Assembly (NCBI RefSeq): GCF_004010195.1
Contig: NC_057749.1
Span: forward strand, 24,038,510-24,102,509
From: Chiloscyllium plagiosum
Taxonomy: Eukaryota
DNA length: 64,000 nt
Reading direction: 5' to 3'
A program made the translations under genes and the position numbers. The notes beneath the pieces are model-generated. The model had not been told where the DNA came from. It saw nothing but the letters and a program-made list of their open reading frames with translations, and searched no databases. Below, piece after piece: positions 1 through 12,236 of the stretch. Numbering within the stretch: the first letter of the stretch is position 1; the number at the start of each line of letters is the position of its first letter.

Positions 1-190
1 CAAGATCCCTCTCTTCCACTACGCTCCTTAAGGCCCTACCATGTACTGTGAAACCCCTACCTTGATTTGACTTTCCAAAATACAAGAGCTCACACTTATC
101 TATATTAAACTCTATTTGCTATTTCCTGAGGTGATCAAAGTCCTGCTGCAATTTCTGACAATCTTCCTCACTGTCCAAGATACCACCTAC
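1..190 (-). mobile_element. CR1-type LINE RT fragment
   Basis: Reverse complement resembles the WQMEFN..KCEV..RDLGV region of other CR1 copies in the window. Confidence 0.65.
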
Positions 191-480
191 TTGACAAAAG
201 GCAAATTCCAGAAATCAGATTGTCTCACCTGTAACTGCAGTAGTGAGCCCCCAGCTTTCAGCTATAACCAAGAGGGCGAAGAAATAGCTTCTATCTCTCC
301 AAGACACCAACAGCAACTGCTGAAAGCTAAACCTAAAATCTCTGGTTCTATTGGTGGAAGCTTGACCACACCCAGCCAGGCTGCTTCTATTGTTCCAACT
401 TGTAGAACCCAAGGCTTCACAAATTGTTTACCTTCTCATAGACCCATTGGCACCGGTCCCCCAATCTCCCTCTAACAGAT
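190..480 (-). mobile_element. LTR fragment of the same family as 29294-29965
   Basis: Shares aagttggaacaatagaagcagcctggctgg and the following ~200 bp with the 29.4 kb LTR, in the opposite orientation. Confidence 0.7.
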
Positions 481-544
481 ACCAGGAGAAAACACACTTC
501 TTAAAGCCACAGCATCGCACAGAATATTTTCTCTTCGATTTCAT

Positions 545-1045
545 GGGTCTCACCCTTGTTACAAGATGTGGGGTCACCCCTATAACAGGATGTGGGTGTC
601 ACCCCTGTAACCGGATGTGGGTCTCATCCTTGTAACAGGATGTGGGTGTCACCCCTGTGACAGGATGTGGGTGTCAGTCCTGTAACAGGATGTGGGTGTC
701 ACCCCTGTAACAGGATGTGGGTGTCAGTCCTGTAACAGGATGTGGGTCTCACCCCTGTAACATGATGTGCAGTCAGCCCTGTAACAGGATGTGGGTCTCA
801 CCCCTGTAACAGGATCGGTCTCACCCCTGTAACAGGATGTGGGTCTCACCCCTGTAACAGGATGGGTCTCACCCCTGTAACAGGATGTGCAGTCAGCCCT
901 GTAACAGGATGTGCAGTCAGCCCTGTAACAGGATGTGGGTCTCACCCCTGTAACAGGATCGGTCTCACCCCTGTAACAGGATCGGTCTCACCCCTGTAAC
1001 AGGATGTGGGGGTCACTCTTGTACAGAACATGGGTGTCACCCGTA
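545..1045. repeat. Minisatellite, 22-26 bp unit (cacccctgtaacaggatgtgggtct and variants)
   Basis: About 20 tandem copies directly visible. Confidence 0.95.
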
Positions 1046-1298
1046 TGCCTTTGGAATGGATACACCAGAGTTGTCCTTTGATGAGTCTCTCCCACCAAGA
1101 GGAGCCCATTATGAGTAAAACCTTCTCCAACTTGAAACAATGGTTTCAGGTCGTGCCACCCTGCCCCTCAGCTGATGCCTTGACCCAATCATATTGTGAT
1201 AAATATGCCAACATCTTGTACTCAATGCATTTGACTGTTATTCATTAAGAACAATGTGCTCCATGAAGCATCTCTGGTTGCTCTATCCTTATTCTGTC

Positions 1299-1340
1299 TG
1301 TGTGTGTGTGTGTGTGTGTGCGCGTGTGCGCACGCGTGTA
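1299..1340. repeat. (TG)n/(CG) alternating purine-pyrimidine tract
   Basis: tgtg...tgcgcgtgtgcgcacgcgtg, about 55 bp upstream of an exon acceptor. Confidence 0.9.
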
Positions 1341-1394
1341 TCTGTCTTTGCTCACCTGGTGCAGTGTTCACTCTTTCTGTTCCTTGGTTCTCAG

Positions 1395-1535
1395 GCTCTT
1401 GATGGTGACTTCTCCGAAGAGAATCGAGACAAGTGCAGGTTAGCCACTTCCCCTTTAATCGAGGCTGTGGAAAACCTGACGGCGTTTGCCTCCAACCCTG
1501 AGTTTGTCAGCATCCCGGCCCAGATTGGAGCTGAG
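1395..1535 (+). CDS. TLN2: Talin-2 coding exon (R8/R7): ALDGDFSEENRDKC...PAQIGAE
   Basis: tcAG acceptor and GTaat donor; 141 nt, phase 0/0. Translation matches talin-2 (ALDGDFSE..PLIEAVENLTAFASNPEFVSIPAQI) better than talin-1. Confidence 0.96.
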
Positions 1536-3710
1536 GTAATTCGTCTCAAGCGTGTGCTGGTGGGAAGGCAGGAAGTGCTGAGCCCAGGTTGTTCAGGTTC
1601 GTCATCCTCGTCGTCAGGTGATGATGTCACCCTTGACCAACTCCAGCGATCAGTCTTCATCCAAGAGTCTGCAACAGAGGCGCGGGAGAGCCCCCAGCGT
1701 TGGAAAGCTTGGGGGATAGTAGGCCCAAAGTCACCTGTCCCTCCTGGGCCTGCGATGCCCACATCCCGTGAAAGAATGAGAGAAAAAATAGCCTAGATCC
1801 TGGAGAAAGCCAGCACTTTACACCCGTCTTCTAGCTGCCCTTGAGCTGAGGTGGTTAATGGCTTCCTCAGCCATTTCAAAGAGCCTGGAGTTACTAGTGA
1901 AACATGTGGATTTTTAAAACTCCAGGAATGTTGTGACCACTGTTGTTGAGATGGGCTTTTTACTCCAGATTTACTTAATTAACCAAATTTAAATTCCCCA
2001 GTGGCTTTACTAGGGATGTGGGCTTGTACCTTCAAACCCTCACTGGAGTGAGCTTCTGTCATTACTCCTTCATCAAAAGATTGGAAAAACAAGTAATCCC
2101 TTCAGGGTACAATTATTGATTATTTAAGATACATCCTAATTTCAGTTTGGCTGTGACTATGCCTGTGAAAGCTTTGACCTGTGTCACTCACACGAAGCAT
2201 TAGTTTATTAAAAAAAAAACTCAATGCAGAGCGCTCTGGAAAGTGTTGACCCCTAGGCACTCATCTCCTGCCGGGTCAGACTGTGCAGAGTAGCATTACA
2301 AGGCACAGACCAATAAAATAATAATTTGGTCTCTACAGAATAAGGCTAATGTTGATAATTTACAACACTGCAAATAGGGCCATTTGCAAGCTGTAAAACA
2401 TTAATGACTCTTCATCCCTGGTCCCAGATGTAAACCACAGACACATTACAGGATCAGAAAGGAGAAACGTTATGTATCTGTGGGCTAATGGTTATTGACA
2501 GCGAATGGTTTCTATGAGAGAGAGAGAGCGCATTGTGTGGGTCACAGCATGTTTCGCAACAAAGAAATTGGAAGGCAGTTTCTCAGATGCTCGTGCTGAT
2601 GACTCTATGACTAACTTTCGATGATCAGCTATGGTTGATCTGGAATGGCCCAGATTTTGATCAGTTCTGATCCCACGGAGGGGAGCAGGAGAGAGGCAGC
2701 CAGCCCTGGGAATTAGTGAGGGGCAATGACCATGGGTCCAGCTCCCCATTTCTATCCAGTGACCCCTGATATGTGAATGGATGATACCACCAATCCTCCT
2801 TCTGTAATGTTTCGACTCTGATATGACTCTTCCGGCAATTCTGAAGAAGAATCATAAAACATAGATAGAGCAGTAGAGCACAGGAACACTGGAGAAACCC
2901 AGCAGGTTCTGGCAGCATCAGGGGCCCACATGTTGTGCCGAACATGGCGCCAAATGAAACTAATGCCTTCTGCCTGCCCTTGGTCCTCACTTCTGCCTTG
3001 GTCTAAATCTCCCCTTCCTTTGCAGGTTCATTTGCTCATCTAAAAGTCCCTTAAATGCCCCTATCAAATCTGCCTCCACCATCACCCCTGGCAATGCGTT
3101 CCAGACACACTCTGTACAAAACAAACTTGCCCTTCGCGTCTTCTTTGAGTCATATCTGACTTGAAACATTAACTTGTTTCTCTCTCCCCAGTTGCTGCCA
3201 GACCTGCTGAGTTTCTCCAGCGTTCTCTCCCTTTGTTTCAAATTTCCAGTTTCTGCAATATTTTGCTTTGCTTACTGGTTCTGTCCTTCCTGTGTCTGTT
3301 ATGGCCACCACGTCATCTCCTTCCTTCATCAGCGTTTCATCATACATTGCAACGTTGGGTTAACTGCTTTGTGCCGAAGTTGTCTGAGTTAATGGGAATT
3401 GATGTGTGTTCAGGTCAGGGTGTTTGCAGAGTGGACTGACTGAACAGGAGTAAAAACCATGTTGAGGTAGTGTTCATTAGTATTCATACGACTTCGAAAG
3501 GGAAAGTTTGCAGAACTGTTCGGAATTTTACAATAATGATTTGTTCACAGTCGTCATGAAGCCTGAGTTACTGTATTCTCCCTGCAGGGGTTGGTTAACT
3601 CAGAGATGCAGGGTAGGTTCAATTCCTGCACTGGCTACCAGGTTACCATGAAGGATTCTCCATTATCTAAGTTGGAGACCCTCTGGTTAAAACATCATTG
3701 GTTCTTCTCA

Positions 3711-4187
3711 CTTCCTCTCTCCCCATCTTCCTCTCTCCCCATCTTCCTCTCTCCCCATCTTCCTCTCTCCCCATCTTCCTCTCTCCCCATCTTCCTCTCT
3801 CCCCATCTTCCTCTCTCCCCATCTTCCTCTCTCCCCATCTTCCTCTCTCCCCATCTTCCTCTCTCCCCATCTTCCTCTCTCCCCATCTTCCTCTCTCCCC
3901 ATCTTCCTCTCTCCCCATCTTCCTCTCTCCCCATCTTCCTCTCTCCCCATCTTCCTCTCTCCCCATCTTCCTCTCTCCCCATCTTCCTCTCTCCCCATCT
4001 TCCTCTCTCCCCATCTTCCTCTCTCCCCATCTTCCTCTCTCCCCATCTTCCTCTCTCCCCATCTTCCTCTCTCCCCATCTTCCTCTCTCCCCATCTTCCT
4101 CTCTCCCCATCTTCCTCTCTCCCCATCTTCCTCTCTCCCCATCTTCCTCTCTCCCCATCTTCCTCTCTCTCTCTCTCTCTCTCTCTC
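3711..4187. repeat. Perfect 16-bp minisatellite (cttcctctctccccat) x~28 followed by (CT)n
   Basis: Directly visible; explains the repetitive ORFs in all frames. Confidence 0.97.
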
Positions 4188-4323
4188 TGTTTCTTTCTCT
4201 CTCTGTAATGAGAGAAAGCAGCCCTGTGATCTGGTAAGACGATGGTGATTTTACCTTGACCTGGCGTTGACCAGACTGGAATATCTATTAACACTCCATG
4301 TTGCTGTGGGTTGCCTCCCACAG

Positions 4324-4505
4324 GGCGCTCAGGCCCAGGAACCAATCCTTGCTGCTGCCTGCTCGATGCTCGACAGCTCGTCCTCGCTCATCAAGAGTGC
4401 CCGGTCGCTTGCTATCAACCCAAAAGATCCCCCAACTTGGTCCATACTGGCAGGACATTCCCGTACAGTGTCAGACTCCATTAAAAGCCTCATCACCTCT
4501 ATCAG
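4324..4505 (+). CDS. TLN2: Talin-2 coding exon (R7): GAQAQEPILAAACSML...IKSLITSI(R)
   Basis: cAG/GTgag; 182 nt, phase 0/2; RSLAINPKDPPTWS-LAGHS-TVSDSIKSLITSIR motif. Confidence 0.96.
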
Positions 4506-4937
4506 GTGAGTTAGTATCGAAATTTGCTTGTGAATGAAAATTGTACCCGAGGTTCCTGATTGCAAACCTTCAACTTGCAGAGTGTCTCTCAAAGATGGTG
4601 TTTTCTATCTCAGAGTTATCGAGTCATACTGCATGGAAACAGACCCTTCGGTGCAAATAGTCCATAATCCCAAACTAAACTAGTCCTACCTTGCCTGCAC
4701 TTAGCCCATGTACCTCCAAACATCTACTTACCCAAACGTCTTTTAAACGCTGCAACTGTATCCACATCCACCACTTCCTCTGGACGTTCAGTCTACGTAC
4801 GAACCACTCTCTGTGTTAAAAAAATAAAATTTGCCTCAAGTTTCAAAGGTCTTTTTAAATCTTTTTCCTTTCTCCTGAAAAATATGCCCCCTTGTCTTGA
4901 AATGTCTCGGTTCTACAACATTGCCCAGGGCCTTGCT

Positions 4938-5119
4938 TTAGATTAGATTAGATTACTTACAGTGTGGAAACAGGCCCTTTGGCCCAACAAGTCCACACCG
5001 CCCCGCCAAAGCGCAACCCACCCATTCCCCTACATTTACCCCTTTACCTAACACTACGGGCAATTTAGCATGGCCAATTCACCTAACCTGCACATCTTTG
5101 GACTGTGGGAGGAAACCGG
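4938..5119 (-). mobile_element. HE1-type V-SINE, 3' portion
   Basis: (ttaga)n tail and body matching the full copies elsewhere. Confidence 0.8.
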
Positions 5120-5750
5120 ACCTGTACTCAATACTCTGACCAATAAAGGAAAGCATACCAAACGCCTTCTTCACGATCCGATCTACCTGCGACTCCACTT
5201 TCAAGGAGCTATGAACCTGCACTCCAAGGCCTCTTTGTTTAGCAACACTCCCTAGGATCTTGCCATTAAGTGTATAAGTCCTGCTAAGATTTGCTTTCCC
5301 AAAATGCAGCACCTCACGTTTATCTGAAATAAACTCCATCTGCCACTTCTCAGCTCATTGGCCAGTTATAGAAGTCCCACCCTTGTTTGTTTTACCAAAA
5401 TGCAATACCTCACATTTATCCAAATTCAACTCCATCTGTCCTGCTAAGATTTGCTTTCCCAAAATGCAGCACCTCACGTTTATCTGAAATAAACTCCATC
5501 TGCCACTTCTCAGCTCATTGGCCAGTTATAGAAGTTCCACCCTTGTTTGTTTAACCAAAATGCAATACCTCACATTTATCCAAATTCAACTCCATCTGCC
5601 ACTCTTCAGCCCATTGATCCTATTGATCAATGTCTCTTTCTCATCTTCTTCACTGTCCACTATACCACCAACCTTGATGTCATCTGAAAACTTATTTTCT
5701 ATATTCTCATTTAAATTATTTCATGTAAATGACAAACAAAAGTGGACCAA
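5120..5750 (-). mobile_element. CR1 LINE fragments containing a 160-bp tandem duplication
   Basis: ORF 5079-5339 (EVLHFGKAN...LGVQVHSSLKV) is CR1 ORF2 C-terminal sequence. Confidence 0.85.
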
Positions 5751-6455
5751 TCTCTATGGAGCACAACAGGCTAAAAACAAAACTGATGTGAAATATTCAT
5801 TTAATATCTCTCTCATCTCCTGAGGTTCAACACAAAGACAACCTCTTTGACCTTTAAGGAGCCCTACTGTCTCTCTAGTTGTGTTTAATGTACTTGTAGA
5901 GTCTCTTTGGATTATCCTTAACCTTATTTGCCAAGACTAACTCATATCCTGTCTTTGCTTTCCTGATTTACCTCTACGAATGTCCCTACACTCTTTATAT
6001 TTTTCAAGACATTCATTTGAACCCAGTTATTTATTTCTAATATATAATTCTTCTTTATTCTTGGCTAAAACCTCAATATCTTTATTCATCCTTTATCCTC
6101 TAATCCTGCCTGCCCTACCTTTCACTCTGACAGAAATGTAATGACTGTAGACTCTCACTATCATAGTTTTGAAAGTTGGTGTTTTGGGTGCGTCTGCATC
6201 ACTCTCCTGACTCTCTCTGATCATGTCCATTCACCCTCAACTCCAGCCCAACTGCATCAGGGGAGACATTGGGGTGTGTCTGCCACAGGGAAATCCCTGG
6301 AAGGTGGTGATCCTGTCGGACGTAGGGCGAGGACCACGGTAGAATTTATTTTGCTGAAGGCCTGTACAAGGCATCTCTGGGGAGGGGGGCTCCATGTAGT
6401 AGGAGGGAGGGAGGGAGAGGAAGCAGGTCCTTTGGAGGTAAGGCTGCTGTGAGTG

Positions 6456-6769
6456 ATTAGATTAGATTACTTACAGTGTGGAAATAGGCCCTTCGGCCCA
6501 ACAAGTCCACACCGACCCTCCGAAGAGCAACTCACCCATACCCATTCCCCTACATTTTATCCTTTCACCTAACACTACGGGCAATTTAGCACGGCCAATT
6601 CACCTAACCTGCACATTTTTGGACTGTGGGAGGAAACTGGAGCACCCGGTGGAAACCCACGCAGACAGGGAGAGAATGTGCAAACTCCACACAAGTCAGT
6701 CGTCTGAGGCTGGAATTGAACCCGGGTCTCTAGCGCTGTGAGGCAGCAGTGCTAACCATTGTGCCACCC
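6456..6769 (-). mobile_element. HE1-type V-SINE, full length
   Basis: tRNA-like head with A/B boxes, core tgtgtggagtttgcacattctc, (taatc)n tail. Confidence 0.88.
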
Positions 6770-6865
6770 GATGTGGAGGTTGGGGAGGGAGGAGAGATGG
6801 TAGAGGTGCACCACCCTGGCAAGGGACCCTGAAGAGCTGGTGGCAGAGAGCTGCCCTCCTTCGGG

Positions 6866-7220
6866 TGGTATGGTGTCTCAGTGGTGGAACCATTGCTACC
6901 TCACAGCGCCAAGGACCTGGGTTCGATTCCAACCTCTGTGTGGAGCTTGCACATTCTCCCCATGCCTGCTTGGGTTCCTTCTGGGTGCTCTGGTTTCCTC
7001 CCGCCATCCAAAGATTTGCAAATTATGTAGATTGGCCATGCTAAATTGCCCCATAGTGTCCAGGGATGTGCAGGCTAGATGGATTAGCCATGGGAAGTGC
7101 AGAGTGACAGGGATAGGGTAGTGGGGTGGGTCTAGGGGGGGTGTCCCTCGGAGGGTCGGTGTGGACTCGATGGGTCGAATGGCCTGCTTCCACACTGTTG
7201 AGGATTCAATGATTCTATAT
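6866..7220 (+). mobile_element. HE1-type V-SINE
   Basis: Same head, core and CR1-like tail. Confidence 0.85.
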
Positions 7221-7562
7221 TTTCCCAGATCATATCCCACAATTTGAACTTCTCTGAATTTTCCAATTCACCAGTCGTTCCTGAAGAAAGGTGACTGGAC
7301 CCAGAACATTACCTCTGTTTTCTCTCTCCACAGAAGCTGCCAAACCTGCTGAGTTTTCCCAGCAATTTCTTTGTTTCCGTTTGTTAATCCAAGAATAGCT
7401 CTGACGATACAATACCACAGTCTGATTTGTTGTATGTAGCCAGGTGCATGGCTAACAGAAGATCCAGTGCTAACTATTGGCTGAGCGTTGAAGGTGTTGG
7501 TCAGGGTGGGTGTGTACTGGGCTGAGTTGCTGTTGAGCGAACCCTGTCTCTTTCTGCCCAAG

Positions 7563-7695
7563 GGACAAGGCTCCAGGTCAGCGGGAGTGTGACAGCTCCA
7601 TCGACAACATTAACAAGTGCATCCGGGAGATTGAGCAAGCCTCACTGTCAGCAGTCAGCCAGAACCTGCCCACCAGAGACGACATCTCCCTGGAG
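7563..7695 (+). CDS. TLN2: Talin-2 coding exon (R9): DKAPGQRECD...RDDISLE
   Basis: Less common aAG acceptor after a pyrimidine tract; GTaaa donor; 133 nt completing the split Arg codon. Read by hand, not in the ORF track. Confidence 0.95.
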
Positions 7696-9714
7696 GTAAA
7701 ATACTTCACTCACCATAGTGTCACCTCCACATCCTTCCGGAAGAGAGGGAATTGCTTGCATTCTGTCTCCGATGTGTGTCTGAAAGGTGCAACTTGAACC
7801 TGGGCGTTGAAATATTGTTCAAATTGACACAGTAAAATACCGAGAGAGGCACTGCAAGGCTTTCTCATAAATTCTTGCCTTTTTTGTAGAGGCATGGTTT
7901 TTTGTTATTCATTCACAGATTCGGGTGTCTCTGGCTATGACTGACCCACTCCACTTCTATTGCTTATGATTCTACGCTGTGTTTTAAGTTGCAATCTGCT
8001 TCTGTTTAACGGATGTTTTTTGGGTTAGCACAAAAAGAACGCTGGAGATAGATAACCTGGAACATTGTGGATTTTATATTGAGAAGTGCAGTAAAAACGT
8101 AAGAGCTTGCTAAACCCGATAAATCACACCGCCCGAGCATCGTGTTCAGTTCTGGGCATGACACATGACAATGCCAGCCGCAGCCATGGAGAGAGTGCAA
8201 GGGAGATTTAGTGTATTAATACTGGGCCTAAAAGAACTTTAGTTCTGTGGAGATACTGGGCAAACTGGGATTATTCCCCTGACGGTATCCAATCCAGATT
8301 GTTCAGCACTGTGAGGGGTCTTGCTGTTAAATGTGGAGTAAAACTGTGCCCAGTGGCTGAAGGGTTGGCAATCTGAGAGCATGCACGATTTACCATGAAT
8401 TTAACACAATCGGCAGCAGAAGCAGAAAATGGAATGAGGAAAGGGTCCTCACTGTCATCTGGAGCACATTCCCTGCCCTAACAGATTAATAGTAACTTAT
8501 AAAAGGAGAATCTGATTTTGATTGTCTCTCTTATTCATTCATGGGACATGGCTGTCGCTGGCTGGGTCAGTATTTATTGCACATCGTTAGTTGCCCTTGA
8601 GAGGTTGGCGGTGATATGCATTATGGAACCGCTGCAGTCCATATGGCTGGGGGTGGGGTGCGGGGCGGTATGGGAGGTGGGGGGGTGAGGCAGTATGGTA
8701 TGGTGGTGGTTGATACACCAAACTTGCTGTTGGCCAGAGTATGGTGCGAGAACCAACAAAGGACCCTTAGCATCTCTCTCTCTCCATTTGAGAGGGTCAG
8801 TTCGTTGTGAGTAGGGGGTAACCACTCCACCAGAATGGGGGTAAGGAGAGTAGGTATAAACAACCAGCTAGTCTGGGGATTGAAACCACAATGTTGGATT
8901 TATTCTGCACCACACGCTATAGTCAACTACCCAACTGAGTGAATCAATCCCCTTTTAGGGAGAGCTTTCCAGGATTTTGAGCCAGCGACGATGAAAGATT
9001 GGCGATTCCCCATCAAGCTTGTGTGTCCTTTGTGGTGCAGGGGTGAGAACTCACACCGGCCTCAGCTGGAATCCATTGAGGGTTGGAAGGAACTTGCCTG
9101 AACCAAGATAGATGGCAATGCATTAAAGGATAGAGTTTGATTCAGTTTTCACTGCCATATCTGTATTTATTACCATGCTCACTGAGCATACCGAAAAGCT
9201 GAAGCTGCCCTGAAATCTGTCGCGACTGACTATATACTTTTGAACATATAAGAAGAGTGATACAAGTCCAAATCAGCACACTCCACAGTTTCCTGACTTA
9301 GACTATCAGCACTGTTCCTAAACACTTCAAAATAAATGTAGGAGGGGAAAAGGTAAACCTCAGGGGGGTTAGGTGGTAAGAGTAGGGTAATGGGACTGAT
9401 TAGAAAGCTCTTGTCACAGAGCTGACAAGACGTAGATGGAGCGAACAGCCTCACGCTGTGCTGTGTGATTATAGCTGAGGCAGTGACAATGACTGTAGCT
9501 TCTAGATGGCAGGTTAAGGTGCTGGGCGAGCAGAGCATGGACAGCAGAGGTCTGGTCTTTAGTTTCCGGAGCTTGTGGAAGAGGGGAGGCTGGCCCAGAA
9601 AGCATTGGAAGAGTTGATGTGCTGAAGATGAGAATATGGACAGGAAATGACTGGGCTGTAGGCAGGGAGTGGCGACAGTTTGTGGAATGGAGGTAGACAT
9701 CCCTGGTCACGCTG

Positions 9715-9944
9715 AGGGTCTCATTCTCCCCGTGTCTGCATGGGTTTTCTCTCACCATCCAAAGATGTGCAGGTTAGGGTGGATTGGCCTAAATTGCCAA
9801 TTGCACCACAGTGTGCAGGGATCTGCAGGCTATGGGGATTAGCCATGGGGAATGCAGGGTTACAGGGATGGGATGGAGGGGAGGGGCCTGGGTGGGATGT
9901 GAGGGGCCCAATGGCCTCGTTCTACACTGTGGGGATTCTATGAT
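9715..9944 (+). mobile_element. HE1-type V-SINE, 5'-truncated
   Basis: cattctccccgtgtctgc core through the attctatg tail. Confidence 0.75.
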
Positions 9945-10140
9945 ATGAATGTCTGAGGAAAGCACGTGGATAGCCCGCGCCTGGGATATTTGGGGTGGGA
10001 TTGAAGGGTTACAATTCAATCCAATATTCATTTTGGGCCGACCAAAGTTACCTCGAAACGGAAACTGCCCTCAAATGTTTGGCCTGTTTTCTGCTCTCTG
10101 CTGTAAACGCCTTTTTTCCAGATTGTTCTCTGTCCATCAG

Positions 10141-10242
10141 GCCTTGCAGGAACAGATGAGCTCCACCGTGCAGGAGATCGGACACCTGATCGACCCGATC
10201 ACCACAGCAGCTCGAGGAGAAGCTGCACAGCTCGGCCATAAG
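10141..10242 (+). CDS. TLN2: Talin-2 coding exon (R9): ALQEQMSSTVQEIGHLIDP...QLGHK
   Basis: cAG/GTaag; 102 nt, phase 0/0. Confidence 0.96.
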
Positions 10243-10574
10243 GTAAGAAACAGGAGGCCATTCAGCCCTCCAAGACCTTGCTTCGTCGGCCAATAAGATC
10301 GTGGTTGATCTCCTCCCTCCTCCCCGTATCCTCTGAGCAATGAAAAAAACCTTTGTCAGCAACTGAGCATCCCTCTGAGGTGAAGAATTATGAAGATTTA
10401 CGATCCTATGAGTTGAAGATATTTCTCTCCCTCTCAATCCTAAACGTACGGTCCCTTGAGAATGTTCCGCCGCAGGGTACGGAGGGAGTAGATTGGTCGC
10501 ACCACCTCTTGATCCCTGTGTGGAATTCCTCTCTGTGTAAACATACCTCCTTCTCTCACTCCCATCATCTCCAG

Positions 10575-10745
10575 GTCACTCAGCTGGCCAGTTACTTCGA
10601 ACCGTTGACCCTGGCCTCTATTGGTGTGGCATCAAAGATTCTTGACCACCAGCAGCAGATGACCGTGTTGGACCAAACCAAGACCCTGGCAGAGTCTGCG
10701 TTGCAAATGCTCTACGCTGCTAAAGAAGGTGGTGGTAACCCCAAG
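10575..10745 (+). CDS. TLN2: Talin-2 coding exon (R9): VTQLASYFEPL...KEGGGNPK
   Basis: cAG/GTagg; 171 nt, phase 0/0. Confidence 0.96.
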
Positions 10746-11124
10746 GTAGGCAGAGACACAGAGGACAGTCAGCTGTTTCCCAGCATCAACTTGGGGAAAC
10801 CTCGCTCATTTTCATTTAATGCAGATGCTAGCTTATTTTTGCAGGTTGTTTCTTTTTGCTTCGGTGAGGTAGTTCTTGTTTTTGACAGTCAGTGTGGTTA
10901 TTGATGAGGTGTAACCAGAGTTATCAACTCTCCAGGTTTGACCTAGAGCCTCCCTGGGTCAGTGGTTAACCTCTAGGACGCTGAGAGAACCAATAACTGA
11001 AAGGGCGGTCATTGAGAAATTAAACAAGATGTTCATAAATTTCTATATCCATTACACAATGATCAGCGAGAGAGGATCTTGAGGTGATCCTATTTCTCCG
11101 AAGTGGAAGATGGTGGAATAATGG

Positions 11125-11440
11125 CAATGCCAATGGACTTGTACTGCAACTAATAGTTCAGGGAACCGTCATGGAATTTAAATTCAATTAATAAATCTGG
11201 AATTGAAACCATTTCAGTGATAATGGCCAAGAAGCTATCATTGATTTTCATAAACCCCAACCCGGTTCACTAATGCCCTTTAGACCATCCTGACCTGGTT
11301 TGGTCTACATGTGACTCCAGAATGTGGTTGACTCTTAACTGCTCTCCGAAGTGGGCTAAAAAGACCAGGGGCAATTAGGGACAGACAATCAACTCTGGCC
11401 TTGCCAATAATGCCACCAGAAAACGAAAAATAAAAAGAAT
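11125..11440 (+). mobile_element. SINE sharing its 3' tail with the RTEX-like LINE (relatives near 1830-2060, 27750-28050, 39964-40260)
   Basis: ggttcactaatgcccttt...gtgactccag...ggttgactcttaactgc...ggcaattaggg; tail resembles 25670-25740. Confidence 0.6.
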
Positions 11441-11564
11441 CTGGGTAATAAAGATCTGTTGGTTTAGCTGTCGGGGCACTGTGGGGTACTAGGGGTGATC
11501 AATGGCAGAATGATGTTGGAATCATGTGACAGAACCTCCAGCAATCCTTCCTGCCAGCTTTGAC

Positions 11565-12236
11565 CTGAAAGTGGAGTCGTAGGTAGATAGAATAGTGAAG
11601 AAGGCATTTGATATGCTTTCCTTTATTGGTCAGAGTATTGAGTACAGGAATTGGGAGGACATGTTGCGGCTGTACAGGACATTGGTTAGGCCACTGTTGG
11701 AATATTGCATGCAATTCTGGTCTCCTTCCTATCGGAAAGATGTTGTGAAACTTGAAAGGGTTCAGAAAAGATTTACAAAGCTGTTGCCAGGGTTGGAGGA
11801 TTTGAGCTGTAGGGTGAGGTTGAACAGGCTGGGGCTGTTTCCCTGGAGCATTGGAGGCTGAGGGGTGACCTTATAGAGGTTTATAAAATCATGAGGGGCA
11901 TGGTTAGGATAAGTAGGTAAAGTCTTTTCCCTGGATTCGGGGAGTCCAGAACTAGAGGGCCTGTTCTCCATCGAGGAGAAAGATATAAAAGAGACCTAAG
12001 GGGCAACGTTTTCACGCAGAGGGTGGTACGTGTATGGAATGAGCTGCCAGAGGAAGTGGTGGAGGCTAGTACAATGGCAACATTTAAAAGACGTCTGGAT
12101 GGGTATATGAATAGGAAGAGTTTGGAGGGATATAGGCCAGGTGCTGGCAGGTGGAACTAGATTGGGTTGGGATATCTGCTCTGCACAGACAAGTTGGACC
12201 GAAGGGTCGGTTTCCATGCTGTACATCTCTATGACT
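11565..12236 (+). mobile_element. CR1 LINE 3' end
   Basis: LYRTLVRPLLEYC-QFWSP...LERVQKRFT; ctctatgactc tail. Confidence 0.92.

Noticed and set aside
545..1045. CRISPR-like regular repeats (also 47169-47835 and 51707-52323)
   Set aside because: Contiguous tandem units with no unique spacers and no cas genes, in a vertebrate intron.
1391..1762. Antisense ORFs over TLN2 exons (also 4329-4592, 10048-10437, 42342-42626, 52756-52995)
   Set aside because: Shadow ORFs of real coding exons with no independent support.
3591..4345. Long ORFs in several frames
   Set aside because: Translation of a stop-free 16-bp minisatellite.
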